Made by a program: the position numbers and the translations under genes. Shown here piece after piece: positions 19,023-27,900 of a stretch of 64,000 nt of DNA; within the stretch, counting starts at the first letter, position 1; every line of letters begins with the position of its first letter. The DNA comes from a virus (Duplodnaviria; Caudoviricetes). The notes under the pieces were generated by a model that was not told the DNA's origin, did not search any database, and saw only the letters and a list, made by a program, of their open reading frames with translations. The stretch lies in IMG/VR virus record IMGVR_UViG_3300010429_000409, positions 30,540-94,539 of that record; one strand, given 5' to 3'.

Positions 19023-19426
19023 GCCCTCCCCTGCCTGGAAGGCTCCATGTCTCTGAAGTGCGCTTTCAGAAGGCTGGGACCGTCTTGATCTGGGTAGTGT
19101 CCACACCATTCAATCTTGTGAACATACACATCCGTCAGGACATGCCCCATTTGGATGAACCGATCATCCAATTGGATTGTCACGCTTGCGGCATCCAAAT
19201 CAACTTTCCTGAACAGGATGTAGCCAGTTGACCTGACAACGATGCCGGCAAGGTCAGCTTCCATCCCGAGGTCCTGCGACCAATTGGGCTGTCCAACAAC
19301 AGTGACCACTGTGTTCCTGGTGACCTTCTGGACAGGTTCACGGGTGTCATCATCCATGACGGTTTCGGTCTTGTTGATCTGTTCGATCTTGACCGCAACC
19401 GGGTGTATGAGGCGAGGCAGGACCAT
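19019..19426 (-). CDS. Head-closure (stopper) protein
   Basis: 135-aa beta-rich ORF between adaptor and neck gene. Confidence 0.55.
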   Translation of the reverse strand: MVLPRLIHPVAVKIEQINKTETVMDDDTREPVQKVTRNTVVTVVGQPNWSQDLGMEADLAGIVVRSTGYILFRKVDLDAASVTIQLDDRFIQMGHVLTDVYVHKIEWCGHYPDQDGPSLLKAHFRDMEPSRQGRA

Positions 19427-20508
19427 CAGTCATAGCTCCAATTGGCCGGAGTCGCCAACCCAATCGGTGCCCTGTACATCCTGATGATGTCCAGAACCTC
19501 GGGGTCATCTATGGCCCCGCTGAAGGCGCCGCTCGTGAGCAGGCTGTCGCTGAACCCGTAGCCAATCGAATGGCTGTCTGTGGTCTCAGAGGTCACAGGC
19601 CCAGCAATCCAACCAGGTGCCGTGGGATCAAAAATCTTCTCAGTCACCTTGGTGCACACCATCTTCAACAGCGCCCGCTTGATCAACTCCGGGGTGGAAC
19701 CATCGGCCTCGGTGAATCCAAAGATGCCCTTGACTTCTTGGTTCTGGTATCCACGCCTGAACTTCAGCCTCCCGCCAGTCATCGGTGCTGTGAAAATGCT
19801 CTGTTGATAGTCAGGCCCGATGAGCTTGATTCGAGGGTTCCGCCTGTCATCAGGGTATCCTCGGGAATTGTACACCTTGTAGTACGCTGTGTCCAACACC
19901 TCAGATGAACCATTCAGCTTCAGATGGTCAACCTGGATGATGGGCACACCAAAAAACAGCGTGTCGCTGTCATTCCCATCCGCCATGACTGTGATCTGCT
20001 TGGGGATGAACCACTGGCGGCACGCCCGTTCCAACAGCTGCTGGAACATGGTGATGTAGGACAACACCTTGACATCGCTGGCCATGGCCTCGGTGATTCC
20101 TTCGGCCCGAACATCTGCCACCTGGATGTAGGTGTCAGCCGTTCCGCCTCCGGACTCCACCAAAATCTCAACATCCTCTTCCCCAAGCTGGTAGGGTGCC
20201 GCGCTGGAAATCTTCCAGCGCCACTTCACACGATGCGTTCCGATGGGCTCTGCAACGCCAGGGGTCCACCCCTTTGCTGCCGCGTTGTCATATGCATAGT
20301 ATGCACCCACACTGAAGTGCCCGACACCATCCGTGACATCTTCCCACTCATCCGGTGTGGCAGGGAAAACTTGGGTGCCCGGCAACCCTCCCGTGATGTC
20401 CCAGATTTGGAACTCAACCTTGAAGGCATCCGTCAGGACTCCGTTGACGGTGATGAACCAATTGATGATGGACGGGGTGTTTTCCTGTCCACGTGCTAGT
20501 GCTGGCAT
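19426..20508 (-). CDS. Head-tail adaptor protein with N-terminal extra domain
   Basis: YIQVADVRAEG...LERACRQWF...RGYQNQEVKGIFGF...PELIKRA...SETTDSHSIGY pattern of gp15/gp6-like adaptors. Confidence 0.7.
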   Translation of the reverse strand: MPALARGQENTPSIINWFITVNGVLTDAFKVEFQIWDITGGLPGTQVFPATPDEWEDVTDGVGHFSVGAYYAYDNAAAKGWTPGVAEPIGTHRVKWRWKISSAAPYQLGEEDVEILVESGGGTADTYIQVADVRAEGITEAMASDVKVLSYITMFQQLLERACRQWFIPKQITVMADGNDSDTLFFGVPIIQVDHLKLNGSSEVLDTAYYKVYNSRGYPDDRRNPRIKLIGPDYQQSIFTAPMTGGRLKFRRGYQNQEVKGIFGFTEADGSTPELIKRALLKMVCTKVTEKIFDPTAPGWIAGPVTSETTDSHSIGYGFSDSLLTSGAFSGAIDDPEVLDIIRMYRAPIGLATPANWSYD

Positions 20509-20558
20509 TGGTCCACCACCCTTTCAACAGGCCTGATCTTGACTTGCTTCTGCGCCAC

Positions 20559-20945
20559 CTACAGGATGCCGCCCCAAAAACCCTTCTTCACCTCGGCCTT
20601 GACCTTGGGAACATACACCGTCCTACGCTCCACCTCGGTGGGGTCGCCCTTGAAGGTGTAGGCTCCGGTGCCCGTGTCGCGCTTGAACTGCAACTCGTAC
20701 ACCACAGGCTCCGGATAGGGCGAGTCATCATCCATGGGGCCACGGACGTTCCGCATCACCTCCACCATGATCTTGTCGGTGAACACCTGGGCCGGATAGG
20801 CCATGTCCTTGTCCTTGCTGAACAGCCCTTTCTCAGCCAGGTGGCTGAGGCAAGGCTCTTTCAGGCTCTTGACGAACCCATCCAGGTCCTCACCTTCCAT
20901 GAACGGCAGCGCCGCCTTCTCAACCATCACTTGGGTCTGTGCCAT
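20559..20945 (-). CDS. Hypothetical head-associated protein with scaffold-type C-terminal tag
   Basis: ATG 20945 with AGGAGG RBS; ends KAEVKKGFWGGIL*. Confidence 0.65.
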   Translation of the reverse strand: MAQTQVMVEKAALPFMEGEDLDGFVKSLKEPCLSHLAEKGLFSKDKDMAYPAQVFTDKIMVEVMRNVRGPMDDDSPYPEPVVYELQFKRDTGTGAYTFKGDPTEVERRTVYVPKVKAEVKKGFWGGIL

Positions 20946-20968
20946 GACTTCCTCCTGTGAACAAGATT

Positions 20969-21271
20969 TTAGGGCCATCTGCCTTCCGGGTCGAATGGAC
21001 TGCCCTTCACGTCATCCAGCCCGATGATTCCTGCCTTGTCACGATAGAACGCCTGGATGAAGTCCCCCACCTTCGGGGCCACAAACATCTCAATGGCGTT
21101 GGGGGCAACTTCCGCCCAACCCAACCGTTCATCTGCCGCATCTTGGACCTGGCCATTGATCATCACCTTGACGCTTCCGGGCTCGTACTGCGTTGGCGTT
21201 TGGAACGTCCGGTTGTGCCCATCGACACTCCCAGCAAGCTGAACCAGTCTGCTTTCCTTGTACAGACCCAT
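20969..21271 (-). CDS. Small beta-sandwich virion protein
   Basis: GSVDGHNRTFQTPTQYEPGSVKVMINGQVQ, a pattern typical of phage surface domains. Confidence 0.5.
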   Translation of the reverse strand: MGLYKESRLVQLAGSVDGHNRTFQTPTQYEPGSVKVMINGQVQDAADERLGWAEVAPNAIEMFVAPKVGDFIQAFYRDKAGIIGLDDVKGSPFDPEGRWP

Positions 21272-21771
21272 CAGCCCACCTTCTCAAACAGCCCATCGCT
21301 CATCTCACAGAACTTGCGCAGCCCTTCAGGCGTCACATTCTCAGGGTCCCAATCGCTGCCATCCAGATACGGCTGGACAAACCTTGCCATCAACTCAGAA
21401 CACACCTGGGCCTTGGTCGATGACAAGGGCTTTTTCACTTTCATCTTGAGCCAACGCCATGCGATGATGAACCACGCTGTCCAAAACAGGTCCACGTAGT
21501 CATAGGCGTTGCCAAAGTATTCCCGGATTGCTTCGCATCCCTTCTGCGGGTCTGCTTTCAGCCTGTATTCACAGACCACATTGTGCTTTGCCTTGTGGCT
21601 GGGGACCTTCCGAACGCCACCAATCGTTGCCTCTGCAACCCAGCGCCCGCCCCACAGCTTTGAATCATATTCCAGCATGGCATGGCTGACTGTCCCATTG
21701 GTCAGCCATCTGATGACCCGTCCAAACCAGGTCTTTGATGCCGTGAAAATGATTCGCACATCCCTGGACAT
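21271..21771 (-). CDS. Permuted papain-like (NlpC/P60, YiiX/YebB-like) hydrolase
   Basis: His before Cys: SHAML...EA..GGVR...GNAYDY...CSELMA...TPEGL. Confidence 0.8.
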   Translation of the reverse strand: MSRDVRIIFTASKTWFGRVIRWLTNGTVSHAMLEYDSKLWGGRWVAEATIGGVRKVPSHKAKHNVVCEYRLKADPQKGCEAIREYFGNAYDYVDLFWTAWFIIAWRWLKMKVKKPLSSTKAQVCSELMARFVQPYLDGSDWDPENVTPEGLRKFCEMSDGLFEKVG

Positions 21772-22829
21772 CACGCAACTTCCTCGCTGTAGCTTGTACA
21801 ATAGAAAGTGGCCGTGCCATATTCACCTTCATATGGCACATCACCTTCCAACCACACCCTGATTTCCAATCCAATGGATGATAACAACTCTTTGACCGTT
21901 GCGTACTTGAACGGGAAGGTGATGCGATCCTGTGCGAATCCTCGGGCGCCACCCATCGCAGGGATCAACGGATATGCCCCATTGGCTTCCTCGATGTAGT
22001 TGTCCAATGTTTTGTAAGTGGTTGGGGCTGCAACCGGAACCTTGTTGGGAGGGTCTGCCGGGTTGTATGCCCATGGTTGAAAGTGCGTGCTGGCCTTGAG
22101 CAGAATGTCCTTGCTGAACTGCACTTCGCTGTATTCCACCCACAGCCGCTTTCCCGCCTCCGGCCTGATGATGAACAGGCTTCCAGCCGCCCGGCTGTAA
22201 CTGGCTGTCACTGTGCGTCCGGCAACAGAAGCAAAGAAAGTCACCCGGCCGGTCTTGTAGTCAATCTGGAACAATCCGCCTTCTGTGGCCCACGGTGCGC
22301 GCTCTGTCTTTACCACGCCATCCACCTTCACAACAGGCAGATAGCCAGCAGAGATCAAATCCTCACGATAGACCTTGCCGTGTTTCATGTCAATCCAATT
22401 TGGAAAGGCAGAAACAAACGTCAACCCATCACCGCTGTCCACCAGATTTTCATTCTCCACTCGAACAGACTGGGTGTACCATGTGGTTGGGTCGCACCAG
22501 TTGTGCGTTACCACGACCAGTCCAGAACCAGCCTTGCGAGGCTCATGGCTGACCCGGAGCCGCCCATCATCGTCCTTTTCGGGCTGCACTCCTTGGTAGC
22601 CTCGAATCAGATCAATGGCCTCTCCAGCAGCATAGTCTCGCACCCCATCATTGAGCTGGTAGTTGGCCTCTCCCTGCCCAAGCAAAAGCAATAGGGTCTC
22701 AGATGTGGCCAGCTCATAGTTCGCAAAGCACACTGAGAGATCTGCTTGGTCATTCGCTGGGATCTCCACGGTGCGCCGCCCGCACGTCACCTCACAGGTT
22801 TCAGCCGTCTTGTTCTTCAAGATTCTCAT
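21771..22829 (-). CDS. Hypothetical virion protein
   Basis: Coupled ORF in the late cluster; IDYKTGRVTF..V.G.TVTASY beta-domain. Confidence 0.5.
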   Translation of the reverse strand: MRILKNKTAETCEVTCGRRTVEIPANDQADLSVCFANYELATSETLLLLLGQGEANYQLNDGVRDYAAGEAIDLIRGYQGVQPEKDDDGRLRVSHEPRKAGSGLVVVTHNWCDPTTWYTQSVRVENENLVDSGDGLTFVSAFPNWIDMKHGKVYREDLISAGYLPVVKVDGVVKTERAPWATEGGLFQIDYKTGRVTFFASVAGRTVTASYSRAAGSLFIIRPEAGKRLWVEYSEVQFSKDILLKASTHFQPWAYNPADPPNKVPVAAPTTYKTLDNYIEEANGAYPLIPAMGGARGFAQDRITFPFKYATVKELLSSIGLEIRVWLEGDVPYEGEYGTATFYCTSYSEEVA

Positions 22830-24016
22830 GTGGGCCTCGCTGAACAATAGAAGAATCCGTCAATCAACAGATTCTTCTGCCCGCCAATTCCGGTGGCGCT
22901 CACGTACACGGACACGGTGCCACTGACCGTTGGGATGTTGGTCGTGCTGGTCGCCCGGAGTATGCCATCAATGTAGGCAGTGACCTCGGTTGGGCTGGAC
23001 CGCACCTCCAGCACATGCCAGGCGTTGTCCAAAGCGATGCCAGTGTCCACGTTGGTCGAGACACCGCCAGACCGTGTTTCTAGGACCCAGTTGCCACCCC
23101 AGTTGGCCCGCAGGAACACGTAGTTGTTGGCGTCGGCGTACTGGACCTCAAACTCGATGTGGCCGTTGCTGGTCCCGTCGTACTTGGCCCGCATCGCAAT
23201 GCGGGGGTTCAAGTTCAACGCCTGCCAGGCAACCCCGCCTCCGAAGTACAGTTCAGCGTAACGTCCTGCCGCATTCCCGGCCCGGACAAGTACCTGCCCA
23301 CCAGGAAGCAATCCAACCTCCACCAGGCTTCCGGTGCCGCTCACTGAAGTGGTCCACATGTCATCCAAGGTTGGTGGGAAAAATTCGTCATAAAACCGAA
23401 CTTCACCCGCAAAATAATCAGGCTCCGCTGCCAACAGCTTATTGACCAACACCCGCTTCTTGGCGTTGCTGGCCTCGCTGTCTTCAATCACCAGCAGGTC
23501 ATGGCGATGAATCGCTGTCTTTTCTGTGATGGTGCTGATCTCAGCTGCCACGTTCTTGTGGATGGCGTTGGCATCGGTTCCACCACCTCCAGGCAAATTC
23601 CCAACCTGGATTTTCTTCTTGGCACCTGCCGCTGCACTGTCCTCGATGAGCACCAGATCCGCACTCGCCGGAGTCGTTTTCTCAGTGAAGGTGGCGAAGT
23701 CCCCCGCTGCCCGCTTCAACTGGGCGTCATCGGTCACGTTGCCCAGTCCAACTTGGGAGCTTGCCCCGATGGTCCCGCTGTGCGCCGAACTTCCATGCAC
23801 TGCTACCGCCGACACCACCGCATCCCAGGCCGTGTTCCCCGCATCCCGCTTGTAGAGTTTGACTTCATCATCCCGCCAGAACATTTCATTGGCAGCAGGT
23901 GAATCCGGGAAGCTGGTGCCGTGTGGAATGGCCAGCTTGCCTGTGCCCTCGAACATCCACACACCCGTGATGACTTTGTTTGCGCTGTCATCAATGATGA
24001 CTTGGACTATGCTCAT
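22826..24016 (-). CDS. Fibre-like virion protein with C-terminal lectin-like domain
   Basis: QVGLGNVTDDAQLKR fibre motif, duplicated TEKT...DL.(L/V)IEDS.A..AKK unit, and WHVLEV...AYIDG C-terminal jelly roll. Confidence 0.6.
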   Translation of the reverse strand: MSIVQVIIDDSANKVITGVWMFEGTGKLAIPHGTSFPDSPAANEMFWRDDEVKLYKRDAGNTAWDAVVSAVAVHGSSAHSGTIGASSQVGLGNVTDDAQLKRAAGDFATFTEKTTPASADLVLIEDSAAAGAKKKIQVGNLPGGGGTDANAIHKNVAAEISTITEKTAIHRHDLLVIEDSEASNAKKRVLVNKLLAAEPDYFAGEVRFYDEFFPPTLDDMWTTSVSGTGSLVEVGLLPGGQVLVRAGNAAGRYAELYFGGGVAWQALNLNPRIAMRAKYDGTSNGHIEFEVQYADANNYVFLRANWGGNWVLETRSGGVSTNVDTGIALDNAWHVLEVRSSPTEVTAYIDGILRATSTTNIPTVSGTVSVYVSATGIGGQKNLLIDGFFYCSARPT

Positions 24017-24474
24017 GGGGTGGCCCTCACAGCCGTCACGCTGGTCACCTTGCTTCCCAAGTATGCGTATGACTCCGTCACCCGTTCCACTTCATTCCCG
24101 CTCCCATCGTACTGGATGGTGACAACTTGGGATACCTTCCCGCTGGAATAGGCATACTGCTCTTCCCGGACCTTTTTCAACTTGCCGGATGTCTCCCAAG
24201 TCGTGACGTTGGTCACCTTCCCGCCTGTGTAGGTGTATTCTTCAAAAAAGTTTTCGGCCAGTCCGTGAACAAGTTGATCGAGGTTGCGGTGTTCTTCGGC
24301 TGTGATGCCGCTTCCACCTGTGCGAGGATTGAAAACACCAGCAGAATCTCGCAGCCTGAAGTCGCCACCAACCAGACGCATCCCGCCAACAGTTGTTGGA
24401 TCTGAGCCTGCCTCTTCAAGCAGCAGGCCCTCCTCATCTGCCTCCCCAGGGAATCTGTCTGGCGTCTTGGGCAT
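24013..24474 (-). CDS. Hypothetical virion protein with Y-x-x-G-K-V repeats
   Basis: EEYTYTGGKVT / EEQYAYSSGKVS / ESYAYLGSKVT. Confidence 0.5.
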   Translation of the reverse strand: MPKTPDRFPGEADEEGLLLEEAGSDPTTVGGMRLVGGDFRLRDSAGVFNPRTGGSGITAEEHRNLDQLVHGLAENFFEEYTYTGGKVTNVTTWETSGKLKKVREEQYAYSSGKVSQVVTIQYDGSGNEVERVTESYAYLGSKVTSVTAVRATP

Positions 24475-24477
24475 TGA

Positions 24478-24996
24478 TCACTTTCTTCCCTTGCCCTTGC
24501 CCTTCCCCAGCTTCACCTTGCCTTGGAACATGGTCACAGGCGGAGGCTTGGGCGCTTCCTGCTCGGCATCCTCCGCCTCCATGCGCTGATGCCGCTCATA
24601 CTTGAGCACGGTGTCATCGAATCGCTTGCCGATCTTCAGCGTCAACTGCTCCAACCCCATCAGCTTGCCTTGGGCCTTCAGCGCCTCGGCCCGACACTCC
24701 GCCTCGAATGACTTGATGTTGGTGGTGATGCGTTGGGTCTGCTCCATCCTGATCTTGGCCTCTTCAGGCGCCATGGTTCCCTTGTCCACAGCAGACTGAA
24801 TGGCCTGGGCCTCCCCGAACACCCTGTTGGCAACCTGGTTGATGGCCGTGACCATCATCTTCTTGGTGTCAACATCCTTCCTGGTGCTGGCAATCTCAGC
24901 GTCGATGTCAAACGACACCTCCTGGATGCCTTCCAGCTTGGCACGGGTTCCGGGCTCCTTGATCTCTTGCAGTGACTTGTTGTTCGCAGCTTCCAT
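24478..24996 (-). CDS. Coiled-coil hypothetical protein
   Basis: RBS AAGGAGGAA; heptad-rich 172 aa. Confidence 0.55.
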   Translation of the reverse strand: MEAANNKSLQEIKEPGTRAKLEGIQEVSFDIDAEIASTRKDVDTKKMMVTAINQVANRVFGEAQAIQSAVDKGTMAPEEAKIRMEQTQRITTNIKSFEAECRAEALKAQGKLMGLEQLTLKIGKRFDDTVLKYERHQRMEAEDAEQEAPKPPPVTMFQGKVKLGKGKGKGRK

Positions 24997-25056
24997 GGGT
25001 TCCTCCTTGCTTGAGCCTTCAATACAAGGCCAATCGCAGTTGGTTGTTCGTTCAGC

Positions 25057-26586
25057 TTACTGCGCCAGCACCACGCTGATGATCACATCTCCGGTCTTGA
25101 CACCCTTGGCGAAGTCCACCATGATGTCGCCACTGGCCGGAGTGGTACCAGCATACACGTCGTTTTTGGTCGTGCCGTTGCCACCGTACAGCAGGCGCCC
25201 ATTGAGGAACACCAGCTGCTCCACGGTTCCCGGGGTGTTCATGTCGATGGGATTGGCGCTGATGTCCTGGATGGCCCCAGGGATGTTCACGCCTTGCCCG
25301 TAGTTGGAGCCCATGACGGACACCTTCAGCGACATGTCCGCCCCGCCGTGCTCGCCAGCGTACTTGATGGCAGCAGCGATGGAGGCAAACGATTGGCCAA
25401 AGAGGTCCCCAACGGCCCCTGCGGTGGCATCATCGAGGGGCAGCGCCGTGTCCTGCCGGACGGTGAGGAAGCTGACATCATCGGCAGCCACCAGCTCCAG
25501 GTCCGTGGAGGTGGCGTTCAGCTTCAGCGAAGCAGAATCCACCTGCCCGGCCGTCACGCCCACGTTGATCAGCTGACCGGCCGAGTCCACCTTGATGCCA
25601 TCAGCGAAGTCCACGTCACTGCTGTTCACGTCCAGCTTGTCCGTGTCCACCTTCAGCAGATCGCCCGTGCTGTCGTTGCGAGTGACCGTGACCAGCGCAG
25701 AACCACCGGAGCCAGCCCTGAACACCCAGCTCTTGGTGTCGCTCAGGCGGATGTCCACGTCATTCCCGTCCACGGTCATGAACTGGCCGCCATCGTATGC
25801 GGTGTCCAGCGACACCGTCACAGAGGCCAACGGGTCCAGGCTGTCGAGGTCGCCACGGAATGCATCTTCCACGTGGTCATTCAGGCTGTCCCTGAAGGTG
25901 AAGGCCACCACGATGCTCTTGTTCTCGATGTCGGCCACGGGGCAGGCTTCCAGGTCATCGAAAGTGGCATTGGCCCGAACAAAGCTGATCTGGCCCTGGT
26001 CCGCTCCGCTGTCTGCGAAAGCATTGCCATCGGTGGCAGTGCTTCCAACCTGGAGCAGACCATACACCGTCCGGCCGCTGGAGCTGATCTCTTCCCCCGT
26101 GGCGCCATCGAACAGCACCATCAGGTTCTTGGGCTTCAGCGGGTTGGAGCCGCTGATCTCGGTCAGGCTGTGGCTCCCGATGGCCCCAGCCAGCTGGGCC
26201 GTGGCTGCGCCCTTCTGGGCCAGGGCGATGGCGATGACCTTGTCGGGCTTCCCCGCTCCGGTCAGCGCCACCCAGTTCTGGGAGGCAGGCACGGACACAT
26301 CGTTGATGTTCAGCCGGTACAGCAGGATGAGCTTGCCCTCCAGCGTTGCCCGGTTGTACAACGCCTTCAAGCTGGCGTTGCCGCCATGGACATTGGCGAT
26401 GTCATCGAACCAGTTGCCAGAATCGCCACCATGGATGATGCGCTTGAACTGGGACAATTCGCCCTTCAGGAAGTCCAAGCCGTCGATGGCCGATGACTCG
26501 ATGGCCGCGATTGCCGCCGCATCCAGGGTGTCATCAGGGTTGTCGGTTTTCCGAACCTGCTCCAGCCTCAAAAGGGTGACTGACAT
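25057..26586 (-). CDS. Probable structural protein (509 aa)
   Basis: RBS GGAGGAA; G/C-ending codon bias like the capsid and sheath genes; SLDTAYDGG and VFLNGRLL..G....NDVY motifs. Confidence 0.6.
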   Translation of the reverse strand: MSVTLLRLEQVRKTDNPDDTLDAAAIAAIESSAIDGLDFLKGELSQFKRIIHGGDSGNWFDDIANVHGGNASLKALYNRATLEGKLILLYRLNINDVSVPASQNWVALTGAGKPDKVIAIALAQKGAATAQLAGAIGSHSLTEISGSNPLKPKNLMVLFDGATGEEISSSGRTVYGLLQVGSTATDGNAFADSGADQGQISFVRANATFDDLEACPVADIENKSIVVAFTFRDSLNDHVEDAFRGDLDSLDPLASVTVSLDTAYDGGQFMTVDGNDVDIRLSDTKSWVFRAGSGGSALVTVTRNDSTGDLLKVDTDKLDVNSSDVDFADGIKVDSAGQLINVGVTAGQVDSASLKLNATSTDLELVAADDVSFLTVRQDTALPLDDATAGAVGDLFGQSFASIAAAIKYAGEHGGADMSLKVSVMGSNYGQGVNIPGAIQDISANPIDMNTPGTVEQLVFLNGRLLYGGNGTTKNDVYAGTTPASGDIMVDFAKGVKTGDVIISVVLAQ

Positions 26587-26601
26587 GTGTTCCTCCGTTC
26601 T

Positions 26602-26973
26602 TCAGTCATTTGTTCTGTCAAGCAAAGGATTGTACCTCTGCTTTCCCACCTTGCAGACCGCAAAACGCGCTGCCCTCTGGGCCAGGTGCACCATCAAGAT
26701 GATCCTGGTTTCGTCGGCAACGCAGATCAATCTTTCCCCACCTTTGATCTTCCCATCTTCCGTTGGTTTGATGTACTCTGCCTGGAAGAATTGCTGGAGA
26801 AAACCTTGCGGCCTGGGCAGTGAGTATTGCACACCCTTCTGGGCAACAGTCAGCCCGGAAATCTGCGCTTGAAATGCCGGGTCCTTGCAACACTCCAACC
26901 ATGCCTTGGCCTCTTGCTCATCTTCCAAGTTGAACCGAAGGGTCATCCCATCTGCCTTGTGCACCTTCAACAT
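26602..26973 (-). CDS. Hypothetical protein
   Basis: ATG 26973 with GAGGGG upstream; tiles with neighbours. Confidence 0.5.
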   Translation of the reverse strand: MLKVHKADGMTLRFNLEDEQEAKAWLECCKDPAFQAQISGLTVAQKGVQYSLPRPQGFLQQFFQAEYIKPTEDGKIKGGERLICVADETRIILMVHLAQRAARFAVCKVGKQRYNPLLDRTND

Positions 26974-27033
26974 GTGGCCCCTCTTTGAGCAAGATGCCAA
27001 ACAAGGTTGGCCTCAACGCGCCTCTTACTAGGC

Positions 27034-27414
27034 TCACGGTCCCTTGCGCCTGGTCCTGAACCTGCCCAGCGTCTTGCGGGGAGGCTCTGGGGGTCTGTTG
27101 GGTGGCGTGTCCTCCATCGTGGAAGCCTCCTTCAGGTTCACACCAGCCACTTCGGGCTCCTTGGGCGCCTCGGGCGCGGGCTCCTTGGCAGCCACCTTCA
27201 CTTGCTCCGATTCTACCCTGCTGATCACCACACGGCCAAGCAGATCACGCCGTTCCTTCCTGAAGGCTTCCCATTCTTCCTCCGTCAGCATCACTGTGGC
27301 CAACGGGTGGAAGTGGACCGAACCATTGCACGAACGGTCGGTCACGCCTTCAAAGCCCATCTGGAAGGGTCTGATGTCAGCTGGGAGTCGGATGGACACC
27401 CTGCCCATGGTCAC
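27034..27414 (-). CDS. Hypothetical protein with Pro/Glu/Lys tail
   Basis: Overlaps the upstream stop; EPAPEAPKEPE segment like the scaffold linker. Confidence 0.5.
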   Translation of the reverse strand: MTMGRVSIRLPADIRPFQMGFEGVTDRSCNGSVHFHPLATVMLTEEEWEAFRKERRDLLGRVVISRVESEQVKVAAKEPAPEAPKEPEVAGVNLKEASTMEDTPPNRPPEPPRKTLGRFRTRRKGP

Positions 27415-27800
27415 ACCCCTTTCTTCTTGGGGGGTGCCTTCTTGGGCGCCTGAGCAGCAGGCTTGGTCGGAGCAGCAGGCTTTGCCACACCCTTGGCTTC
27501 CTGTGTGGGCTTCCCGGCCGGGATGGCAGGGGCATGCTCCTGCTTGAGCTTGGGCTGAACCTTCGGAGCCTCTGCCTTGGGCTCCACCTCGGGCTTGTCA
27601 GGCGCCTTGGGCGCCTCCACCTTGGGCACCGGAGCCTTCTGCTCAGGTTCCGGAAGCAGCTCAACCCTGAACATCGGATTGCCCTTGAACTGGGCAATCT
27701 CTTCCGCGCTGGACAGCAACACAGGCTGCCCCTTCTTGAACGTCCTGCCGTTCACGGCCAACGACAAACACCCCAACAGTTCCACTTTCGCGCTTGCCAT
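27411..27800 (-). CDS. Post-capsid protein with long Pro/Ala/Lys-rich tail
   Basis: RBS GGAGG; short globular N-terminus followed by PKVEAPK...PTKPAAQAPKK. Confidence 0.6.
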   Translation of the reverse strand: MASAKVELLGCLSLAVNGRTFKKGQPVLLSSAEEIAQFKGNPMFRVELLPEPEQKAPVPKVEAPKAPDKPEVEPKAEAPKVQPKLKQEHAPAIPAGKPTQEAKGVAKPAAPTKPAAQAPKKAPPKKKGV

Positions 27801-27837
27801 CTTGAGCCTCCAATCAATGGCATTTGGACTTGGAATC

Positions 27838-27880
27838 GAGAAATGGCTGCGAGGCCCATCAGAACCTCGCAGCCGTTCTC
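27838..27880 (-). terminator. Stem-loop after major capsid gene (probable terminator/attenuator)
   Basis: GAGAAATGGCTGCGAGG-10 nt-CCTCGCAGCCGTTCTC; weak U tract. Confidence 0.55.
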
Positions 27881-27900
27881 ATTCCTTCATCGCCACGTCA

